Positions 47,475-55,376 of a stretch of DNA of 64,000 nt are shown in pieces. A model generated the notes under the pieces. That model worked only from the letters and a program-made list of their open reading frames with translations, made no database searches and was not told the DNA's origin. The number at the start of each line of letters is the position of its first letter. The stretch's first letter is position 1. This DNA is from Candidatus Limiplasma sp. Its GTDB lineage: Bacteria > Bacillota > Clostridia > Christensenellales > Aristaeellaceae. The stretch covers positions 14,863 to 78,862 of the forward strand of contig JAZSRK010000017.1 in the NCBI GenBank assembly GCA_045538465.1, written 5' to 3'. The position numbers were made by a program, and so were the translations under genes.

Positions 47475-49055
47475 GTGCTGGAATTTCAGATTGAGGATCA
47501 GCAAAGCTTTGCTACCATTAAAGTAATAGGCTGCGGCGGCGCAGGCAACAATGCTGTAAACCGCATGGTGGATGCCGGCTTGAAGGGCGTGGAATTTATC
47601 GCCATCAATACCGACCGTCAGGCCTTGGCTATGAGCAAAGCCAGCACCACCATCCAGATCGGCGAAAAATTGACCAAGGGTCTTGGCGCAGGTGCTGTGC
47701 CGGATGTGGGTCGCAGAGCAGCCGAAGAAAGCCGCGAGGAGATCGCACAAGCCATCAAGGGCGCAGACCTTGTGTTTGTTACTGCCGGTATGGGTGGCGG
47801 CACCGGCACTGGTGCAGCTCCTGTTGTGGCAGAGATCGCCCGCGATATGAACTGCCTCACCATCGCTGTGGTCACCAAGCCTTTCCTTTTTGAAGGCAAG
47901 CAGCGCATGAAGAACGCCGAAATGGGCGTTATGGATCTGAAGCAGAGGGTGGATACCCTTGTTGTTATTCCCAACGACCGTTTGCTGTCTGTTGTCAATA
48001 AAGGCACCACCATGCTGGAGGCCTTCCGCATTGCCGACGATGTGCTCCGTCAGGGCATTCAGGGCATCAGCGATCTGATCGCTGTGCCTGCTCTGATCAA
48101 CCTCGACTTTGCTGACGTGAAGACCGTTATGGAAAGCGGCGGTCTGGCTCATATGGGTATCGGTATCGGTAAGGGCGAAAGCCGTATGGTGGATGCCGCC
48201 AAGAATGCCATCCAGAGCCCGCTTTTGGAAACCAGCATCGATGGCGCTCGCGCTGTGCTGATCAACATCACCGGCGGCGAGGATATGAGCATAATCGATA
48301 TCAACGAAGCTGCCAATTTGGTCATGCAGGCCGCAGACAGCGAAGCCAACATCATCTTTGGTGCTGGTATCGACGATTCTCTGGAGGACGAAGTCCGCAT
48401 TACCGTTATTGCTACGGGCTTTGAAAAAACACCATTCCCCAAGAAGGAAGAGCCTCGCAGAACCAGCGCTGCCGCCAGTGCGGCCAGCCGTGATTGGACA
48501 AGCTCCTTCTCTTCGCCGGAACCCCGCAGCAGCTATAGCTCCAATTTTTCCGGTACGCCGTTGATCCATCAGGAATACCCGGCTACCCCTTACGACGATC
48601 TGGGCTTCAATATGCCTATGGACGATGAGCCCATGCAGAGCGATTTCGGCAGCTATCTGGGCAGCCCCAGCATGCCTACGCCCGCTGCTATGCCTTCCAT
48701 GATGCAGCAGCAGGGCATGCCCATGTTCCAGCAGCAGGGGTATCAGCAGGGCTATCAGCCTCAGCAGTCCTATCAGGATTTCGGCATGCAGCAACCTCAG
48801 CAGGGTATGCAGTATGGCGCTATGCAATCGACCGTGCAGCAGCCCATGGAGTATGGTCAGCAGTATCAGCCTGCTACCCCGCAGCCCATGCCTCAGGAAC
48901 AGGCTGTTCCGCCCCAGCAACCGGCAGCACCCGCAGCCGCAGCTCCGGCGATGGAGCAGCCCGTGGAGCAGCCTGCTGCACCGGTTCAGCCTGCCGCTGT
49001 GGAAAAGGATGAACTTGGTGTGCCAGCCTTCCTGCGCAGACCCACCCGGAGATAA
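47475..49055 (+). CDS. ftsZ: cell division GTPase FtsZ with an unusually long Q/P/M-rich linker
   Basis: [11 protein letters not shown] tubulin signature and NTD. GTG 47475 follows AGGAGG. The C-terminal peptide is [11 protein letters not shown]. Confidence 0.95.
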   Translation: MLEFQIEDQQSFATIKVIGCGGAGNNAVNRMVDAGLKGVEFIAINTDRQALAMSKASTTIQIGEKLTKGLGAGAVPDVGRRAAEESREEIAQAIKGADLVFVTAGMGGGTGTGAAPVVAEIARDMNCLTIAVVTKPFLFEGKQRMKNAEMGVMDLKQRVDTLVVIPNDRLLSVVNKGTTMLEAFRIADDVLRQGIQGISDLIAVPALINLDFADVKTVMESGGLAHMGIGIGKGESRMVDAAKNAIQSPLLETSIDGARAVLINITGGEDMSIIDINEAANLVMQAADSEANIIFGAGIDDSLEDEVRITVIATGFEKTPFPKKEEPRRTSAAASAASRDWTSSFSSPEPRSSYSSNFSGTPLIHQEYPATPYDDLGFNMPMDDEPMQSDFGSYLGSPSMPTPAAMPSMMQQQGMPMFQQQGYQQGYQPQQSYQDFGMQQPQQGMQYGAMQSTVQQPMEYGQQYQPATPQPMPQEQAVPPQQPAAPAAAAPAMEQPVEQPAAPVQPAAVEKDELGVPAFLRRPTRR

Positions 49056-49071
49056 ATATCGATCGTATCAT

Positions 49072-49105
49072 AGCAGCATCCAGAATGTTCTGGGTGCTGC
49101 TTTTC
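49072..49105 (+). terminator. rho-independent terminator after ftsZ
   Basis: AGCAGCATCCAGA-atgt-TCTGGGTGCTGCT followed by TTT. Confidence 0.8.
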
Positions 49106-49234
49106 GTAAAGGCAGACACCGCTCAGAACCTGGAGGAAAAGCAACAGACTGGCATCACGGGGCGTATAGGTCTCCCGTCTATTTTATGCTCGCTACCCAT
49201 ACACTGCTGTATCCGTTCGTAAGGAGGCAGCCAG

Positions 49235-50266
49235 ATGAGTGCATGCATGCGGCAAGCGATCCTGTTTGTGGGCGCAGTGATCGGGGCAGGATTTGTTTCA
49301 GGTCGGGAAGTGTTCAGCTTCTTTTCAGCCTATGGAGATGCATCCTGGGGATTGATCCTGCTATCGGCTGGCACCATGACCGCTTTGTGCGCATTGTGTC
49401 TTCGTCGGGCAAAGGGTACTGAGGGCTGCCATTGGTGTGCCATTTATCATACAGAACACCGAGCAGTTAAACGCTTTGCACAGGGGTGTATTTTGCTCTT
49501 ACAAATGGTGATGGGCGGCTCTATGATATCTGCTGCAGGTCATATGGTCGCGTTGGCTGTGCCGCTGCACGGCGCATACCTGCTGGGTATAGTGGTTACC
49601 ATAACATTGGCGCTATGGCTTGGTTCCATCGATTTGAAACCCTTGGCAATGCTTAGCGGCTTGCTGACGGGTCTGTATGTTGCGGCGGTGATCTTGGTAT
49701 TGGTTTTTGATCGGGGAGAGCCGACTGTTGCATTCACCGTGCCTCTAAACACGGCGAAAGTTCTTACCGGCGCAGCCCGTTCAGTTGCTTATGCGGCACT
49801 GAATATGGCGATCTCCATTGGTGTTATTTGCAGGTGCAGCAATGGTTCTGGTCAAAGCGCCAACCGTGCAGCGTTTTTGTTTGGTCTGGCTATGGTCGCC
49901 TTGCTGTTTGTGAGCAATGCTTTGTATTTGCGACATCCGGAATTACAAACAGCTACTTTTCCAATGGTCGCTTTGCTGGCACGCTTTGGGCGTGCCGGTT
50001 ATGGGCTTAGTTTGTTTACTATGTATCTGGCCGTTTTGACGACGCTTTGCGCAGGTCTGTATGCATTTCGTACCGGTCTGGAAACGCATTTGTCCAGGCA
50101 GACCGCTGGTTGGATGTCGGCGCTGCTTCCATTGTTGGTTTCCTTTGCAGGGTTCGAAAGCCTTGTAGATCGCTGGTACGCACCGGTAGGAGGGCTGTGC
50201 CTTTTGTTGGTGTTTTGTCCGCTGATCATGCGTTCAAAGACGAAATTCTCTCTTGACATCTGGTAG
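49235..50266 (+). CDS. YkvI-family membrane protein
   Basis: N-terminal VIGAGFVSGREV motif and about 10 TM segments. Ends with TAG. Confidence 0.7.
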   Translation: MSACMRQAILFVGAVIGAGFVSGREVFSFFSAYGDASWGLILLSAGTMTALCALCLRRAKGTEGCHWCAIYHTEHRAVKRFAQGCILLLQMVMGGSMISAAGHMVALAVPLHGAYLLGIVVTITLALWLGSIDLKPLAMLSGLLTGLYVAAVILVLVFDRGEPTVAFTVPLNTAKVLTGAARSVAYAALNMAISIGVICRCSNGSGQSANRAAFLFGLAMVALLFVSNALYLRHPELQTATFPMVALLARFGRAGYGLSLFTMYLAVLTTLCAGLYAFRTGLETHLSRQTAGWMSALLPLLVSFAGFESLVDRWYAPVGGLCLLLVFCPLIMRSKTKFSLDIW

Positions 50267-50319
50267 GAAATCTTGTACCATCAAAATACAAACGATTGCA
50301 CATGAAAGGGGAACAGAAC

Positions 50320-52578
50320 ATGGGTTATCAGGTACATCCTTGGAAAGTTGTTGAAACTTCGCTGAATAAAGAACATATGCGTTTGTCCGAAAGCCTTACT
50401 TCCACCGGCAACGGCTACATGGGCATGCGTGGCAATTTTGAAGAGGATTACAGCGGAGATACCCATCTGGGTACGTATATCGGTGGTGTCTGGTTCCCGG
50501 ATAAGACCCGTGTTGGTTGGTGGAAAAACGGCTATCCCCAGTATTTTGGCAAAGCCATCAATTGCGTGCGCATGAATGGCATTCATGTGGAGATCAACGA
50601 TAAGCCCCTTGATCTGGCCACGGCCGATGTGGTGGATTTTTATCGTGAACTAGATATGCAGACTGGTGTGTTCCTGCGCCGTTTTACCGTATGGACCCCT
50701 GACGGCAAGGTGACCGTGGAAGCCGAGCGCTTTGTTTCCCTAGCGCAGAAGGAACTTTTGGCCATTTCGTATTCCGTTACCCCCGAAAACGATGCCAAGG
50801 TCGTTATGCGTCCCTATCTGGATGCCAATGTCAAAAATCTGGATGCAAACTACGACGAGACCTTCTGGGAGATGCTGCAGGAAGAGGGCACCGAGGATGC
50901 AGTCGCATTGCTGACCAAGACCAAGCCCAATCCTTTCGATGCTCCCCGTTTTACCGTTGCTGCGGCTATGAGCTGCTGGGCCGATGGTCTGGAGCTCGTT
51001 GACCGCAAGCTGGAAGAAGGCTATGTAGAAAAGAGCTACGGCGGATTGGTGCCTGCCGGTGAAAAGGTAACGCTGGAGAAGTATGTACTGGTGTTTACCG
51101 ACCGCGATTGGGAGGATAACCTGATCATCACCATGGCGCTGAAAGCCGCTTCCCGCGCCCGCGAGGTCGGCTACGCCGATTTACGCAAAGAACACGCTGA
51201 CACTTGGAAACAGCGCTGGGCCTCCTGCGATGTAACTGTGAAGGGTGACGATGCTGCCCAACAAGGCATTCGTTTCAATTTGTTCCAGTTGCTCAGTACC
51301 TTTACTGGCGACGATGCCCGCTTGAATATCGGCCCCAAGGGCTTTACCGGCGAAAAGTACGGCGGTGCGACCTATTGGGATACCGAAGCCTACTGCCTCT
51401 CTGTTTATATGGCTGTAGCCGGGCAGGATGTAGCCCGTCAGCTGCTGATGTACCGTTACCTCCAGTTGGATGGCGCATATTTTAACGCCAAGCAGCAGGG
51501 CCTCAAGGGTGCATTGTATCCCATGGTCACCTTTACCGGTATCGAGTGCCATAATGAGTGGGAGATCACCTTCGAAGAGATCCACCGTAACGGCGCTATT
51601 GCACATGCTATCTTTAACTACACCACCTATACCGGCGATGAAAGCTATGTGCGCAACGAAGGTCTGGATGTGCTGTGCGGTATTGCCCGTTTCTATACCG
51701 ACCGCACCCATTTCTCCGCCCGCAAAGGTCAGTACATGATCCACGGCGTGACCGGCCCCAACGAATACGAGAACAATGTAAACAACAATTGGTACACCAA
51801 CCGCATTGCCGCATGGAGCATTGAATACTTCTGCGACTGGGCGGAGAAAGTGGATGCAGAGCGCCGTGAAAAGCTGGGCGTTACCGCCGAAGAGATCGCT
51901 CATATGCGGGATGTGGTAGCACGGATGTACTATCCCGCCGATGAGGAACTGGGCGTTTATGTGCAGCATGACACCTTCTTGGATAAGGAACTGATGACGG
52001 TGGATCAGCTGCCCAAGGATCAGCGTCCAATTAACCAGAAGTGGTCTTGGGATCATATTCTGCGCAGCTGCTTCATTAAGCAGGCAGACGTGCTGCAGGG
52101 CCTGTACTTCCTCAATCATCTGTATTCCACCGAGGAGATCAAACGCAATTTCGATTTCTACGAGCCCATGACGGTGCACGAGAGCAGCCTGTCTCCTTGT
52201 GTGCACAGCATTTTGGCTGCACAGCTGGGTTACCATGAGAAAGCCGTGGAAATGTACCAGCGCACCGCCCGTCTGGATCTGGATAACATCAACAACGATA
52301 CGGACGATGGTTTGCACATTACCAGCATGGCAGGCAGCTGGCTGGCCATGGCGCACGGCTTTGCCGGTATGCGCACTGTGGATGGTCTCAGTTTGGATCC
52401 CTTCCTGCCGGAAGCTTGGCAGGGCTATGGTTTCCAGTTCAACTACCGTGGCCGTGTGCTGCGGCTGGATGTGGATAAGGAAATGGCACAAGTGGCGCTG
52501 CTTTCCGGCGAGCCGCTGGCATTGAAACTCTGCGGCGAGCTGGTCACCTTGACCGACAAGATCGCCCATCGTTTCTGA
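50320..52578 (+). CDS. glycoside hydrolase family 65 disaccharide phosphorylase (maltose/kojibiose/nigerose phosphorylase type)
   Basis: N-terminal W.V.E......L...ES.....NGY.G.RG, YWDTE, and HGVTGPNEYENNVNNNWYTN containing the catalytic Glu region. Confidence 0.9.
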   Translation: MGYQVHPWKVVETSLNKEHMRLSESLTSTGNGYMGMRGNFEEDYSGDTHLGTYIGGVWFPDKTRVGWWKNGYPQYFGKAINCVRMNGIHVEINDKPLDLATADVVDFYRELDMQTGVFLRRFTVWTPDGKVTVEAERFVSLAQKELLAISYSVTPENDAKVVMRPYLDANVKNLDANYDETFWEMLQEEGTEDAVALLTKTKPNPFDAPRFTVAAAMSCWADGLELVDRKLEEGYVEKSYGGLVPAGEKVTLEKYVLVFTDRDWEDNLIITMALKAASRAREVGYADLRKEHADTWKQRWASCDVTVKGDDAAQQGIRFNLFQLLSTFTGDDARLNIGPKGFTGEKYGGATYWDTEAYCLSVYMAVAGQDVARQLLMYRYLQLDGAYFNAKQQGLKGALYPMVTFTGIECHNEWEITFEEIHRNGAIAHAIFNYTTYTGDESYVRNEGLDVLCGIARFYTDRTHFSARKGQYMIHGVTGPNEYENNVNNNWYTNRIAAWSIEYFCDWAEKVDAERREKLGVTAEEIAHMRDVVARMYYPADEELGVYVQHDTFLDKELMTVDQLPKDQRPINQKWSWDHILRSCFIKQADVLQGLYFLNHLYSTEEIKRNFDFYEPMTVHESSLSPCVHSILAAQLGYHEKAVEMYQRTARLDLDNINNDTDDGLHITSMAGSWLAMAHGFAGMRTVDGLSLDPFLPEAWQGYGFQFNYRGRVLRLDVDKEMAQVALLSGEPLALKLCGELVTLTDKIAHRF

Positions 52579-52597
52579 TCCGTTCATACACAATGCT

Positions 52598-52651
52598 TCA
52601 CCTCCTGCATAGGATGCATCAACGGCATCATTGCAGGAGGTGATTTTGTTT
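52598..52651 (+). terminator. terminator-like hairpin whose 3' arm contains the dpaA Shine-Dalgarno
   Basis: TCACCTCCTGCA (52598-52609), 22-nt loop, TGCAGGAGGTGA (52632-52643), then TTTTGTTTT running into the TTG start at 52651. Confidence 0.65.
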
Positions 52652-53484
52652 TGAAACTGCTGATCGTAGGCGGCGATACACGCATGCACACAGCAGGGTA
52701 TCTGCTCAAAAAAGAAGGGTATGATGTGGAACATCTTGCCCAAGAGAACGCAGACTGCTGGCAGGAGAAGGTTTCGAGGGCAGAGGTTATCATTCTTCCA
52801 TATCCATATTCACAAAAGGAGGAGCGTATACCTGGTTATGAGCATGGGGGAGTGGATGCAGATAACCTTCTTCGCGTTGCCAAACCAGAAGCCTTTCTTT
52901 TTTTCGGACGTGGCATAGAAAACAGCAGTGCTGTGAGATTTAGACCGCAACAGAGATGCAAAAACTACGAAGAGGATCCGCTCTTTGTGCAGCGCAACAC
53001 AGAGCTATCGGCGGAAGCAGCAGTATCTGAACTGATGCAGCGCAGTACGTTGGCGCTGGATGAACAAAACATCCTTGTTTTGGGCTATGGTTTGTTTGCC
53101 AAAGCCATTGTACGCAAGCTGAAAGCCTTGGGAGCAAGAGTGTGGGTGGCTGCAAGGAAAGAGAAGGCACGTTTGGCAGCAGCCTATGATGGCGCACTGA
53201 GTATTGATTTCGATCAGCTGCATACGTTGCTGCCGCAGATGCATGCAGTGATGAACACTGTACCATCGATTGTAATGGGACGGGAAGCCCTGATGCATTG
53301 TTCTGAGACCCTGTTGCTGATGGAGTTGGCAAGCCCTCCATACGGCATCGATCTTTCGGCTGCAGTTGAGATGGAAAGGAATGTGGTCGTGTTGCCGGGT
53401 TTGCCGGCTCGTTATGCGCCTTTGTCTGCCGGTGCAGCGGTTGCAGCGTCGATCATTCGTCAACTTGCGGAGGTGAAAATATGA
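52651..53484 (+). CDS. dpaA: dipicolinate synthase subunit A
   Basis: LLIVGGDTR N-terminus and a second Rossmann motif ILVLGYGLFAKAI. TTG start. The stop overlaps the dpaB start. Confidence 0.85.
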   Translation: MKLLIVGGDTRMHTAGYLLKKEGYDVEHLAQENADCWQEKVSRAEVIILPYPYSQKEERIPGYEHGGVDADNLLRVAKPEAFLFFGRGIENSSAVRFRPQQRCKNYEEDPLFVQRNTELSAEAAVSELMQRSTLALDEQNILVLGYGLFAKAIVRKLKALGARVWVAARKEKARLAAAYDGALSIDFDQLHTLLPQMHAVMNTVPSIVMGREALMHCSETLLLMELASPPYGIDLSAAVEMERNVVVLPGLPARYAPLSAGAAVAASIIRQLAEVKI

Positions 53485-54089
53485 AAAAAACGACGATCGG
53501 TTTTGCCATGACGGGCTCCTTTTGCACGTTCAACGCTGTTTTAGAACAGATGGAAGAACTGGTGAAACGCGATTATGATGTGCTGCCGGTGCTCTCCTAT
53601 CATGCTGCACAGCTGGATACACGCTTTATGAGCGCCAAGCAGCTCCACGAGCGCTTGCATACCATCACCGGTCGGGAGGCCATTACCACTTTGCAGGAGG
53701 CTGAACCTTTGGGCCCCAAAAAACTGACTGATGTATATGTTATCGCACCTGCAACAGGCAATACGCTTGCAAAGCTAGCTAACGGTATTTTTGATACGCC
53801 AGCACTTTTGGGGGCGAAAAGCCATTTGCGCAACGAACGCCCCTTGGTGCTGGCAGTCTCCACCAACGACGCTCTTTCCAGCGCTGCTCAAAACATTGGT
53901 CGGCTTATGATGTGGCGAAATGTATACTTTGTTCCATTCCGTCAGGATGATGCTTTGAAGAAGCCTCGTTCTTTGGTGGCAGATTTTACCTTGCTGCCAA
54001 AAACGATCCTATCTGCGCTGTGCGGTGTTCAAATTCAGCCCATTCTTGGCGCTCCTTGCGGTTTGGCGTTGGGTAAGGAAGGAAAATAA
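53481..54089 (+). CDS. dpaB: dipicolinate synthase subunit B (flavoprotein-like)
   Basis: IGFAMTGSFCTF...VIAPATGNTLAKLANGI.DT. Confidence 0.88.
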   Translation: MKKTTIGFAMTGSFCTFNAVLEQMEELVKRDYDVLPVLSYHAAQLDTRFMSAKQLHERLHTITGREAITTLQEAEPLGPKKLTDVYVIAPATGNTLAKLANGIFDTPALLGAKSHLRNERPLVLAVSTNDALSSAAQNIGRLMMWRNVYFVPFRQDDALKKPRSLVADFTLLPKTILSALCGVQIQPILGAPCGLALGKEGK

Positions 54090-54187
54090 GTACACGTCCT
54101 ACACAGTTTATCTTTGTTACAAACTTGCAACAGAAACGTCTTTGTTGTATGATATTATTGAACAAATTTGCAAAAGGAGTGTATGGT

Positions 54188-55363
54188 ATGCGCAACAAAT
54201 ACCTGTCCGGGATCATCGCTTTTTTATTGCTGTTTAGCTCTGTTTCCCTTGGTTTGGCTGAAGCACAGACCATACCTCCTACAGTGGAAAACGTAATGAT
54301 GGAAAGCGGCGGCAACTGCCTGTCCTATCCCCAGCTTTCTGGCTGGCAGGACGAAGCTGTACAGAGCCTCATCAACGATGATATCGTTCTGTCAGCCAAT
54401 GTTACCTCCCACATGATCACCTTTGCCACCCTGACTCCGGATAGCAACTGGGGCCTTAAGGTCACATACGAAGCCTATGTGACCGACCGGGTGGCTTCCT
54501 TTGTCATCAGTGCCGAAGGAAAGATGCCTAACAATCGGCAAGGGCAGACCAACACAGCGCTTACTTACGATCTTACCACCGGGCAGCGCATTGAGGCGAA
54601 AGACATCTTCGCTGATCCCGCCTATGCGCAGCAATGGCTGGAAGACGAAGCACTGCGCACCCTTGGTGAAGAGATCAGCGACTATGAAGACAGCGCAGTG
54701 CTGCTGCCCCTTCCTATAGACAGCATTTCCCTTCATGCACACGGTCTTACTTTTTGGTACACTCAGGAACAGTTTAAGACAGTCGATGGTCGTGCTGGTG
54801 CCTGCTATTTTGACTACGCAGAAATTCAGCACTTGTTGAATCTTGACCCGGAAGGCCTGCCTGTAAAACTGGGCATGGTACAGCCGGAACACACACAAGT
54901 GCAGCAGCAGGAAGCTATCTGGGCTACTCTTCGCGAAGGTAAGCTTGCACAATTGCCAGTCTCCCTTGGCGACAGTATGGCTCAGGTAGTCGATACCTAT
55001 GGGCTTTCCCGCACGCCGGATGAATTTCCGGGCGGACGGTATTTTGTGATGGAACACCCAGTTTTCCGCAGTATTTACCTGATCTCTGATGCGATGGAAG
55101 ATGGCTACGAACATTCTGTTCTGGAAGGCATTCAGCTTCGCCGAGGCTCTTTTTGCGGCATTCTGGTGGGACAGGCTCAATGGGAAGATGTGCATAACAT
55201 TTTGGGCGACCCTTACGACGTTATTGAGATAACCGAAAACATGGCATACGACTACCGTTTGCCCGCTGGCAACTGCCGCCTGTACCGGGAAGAAGGCAGG
55301 ACGCTTCGTTTCTATTTTGATGAGAGCGAGCTTTTGGTAGCCGTTCAGCTGGATTTCAATTGA
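54188..55363 (+). CDS. secreted DUF4163/DUF3298-type (RsiV-like) domain protein
   Basis: Signal peptide MRNKYLSGIIAFLLLFSSVSLGLAEA. YPQLSG...INDDI and later ALTYDL.TG..I...DIF resemble the DUF4163+DUF3298 pair. Confidence 0.65.
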   Translation: MRNKYLSGIIAFLLLFSSVSLGLAEAQTIPPTVENVMMESGGNCLSYPQLSGWQDEAVQSLINDDIVLSANVTSHMITFATLTPDSNWGLKVTYEAYVTDRVASFVISAEGKMPNNRQGQTNTALTYDLTTGQRIEAKDIFADPAYAQQWLEDEALRTLGEEISDYEDSAVLLPLPIDSISLHAHGLTFWYTQEQFKTVDGRAGACYFDYAEIQHLLNLDPEGLPVKLGMVQPEHTQVQQQEAIWATLREGKLAQLPVSLGDSMAQVVDTYGLSRTPDEFPGGRYFVMEHPVFRSIYLISDAMEDGYEHSVLEGIQLRRGSFCGILVGQAQWEDVHNILGDPYDVIEITENMAYDYRLPAGNCRLYREEGRTLRFYFDESELLVAVQLDFN

Positions 55364-55376
55364 AAGGATACGCAAC

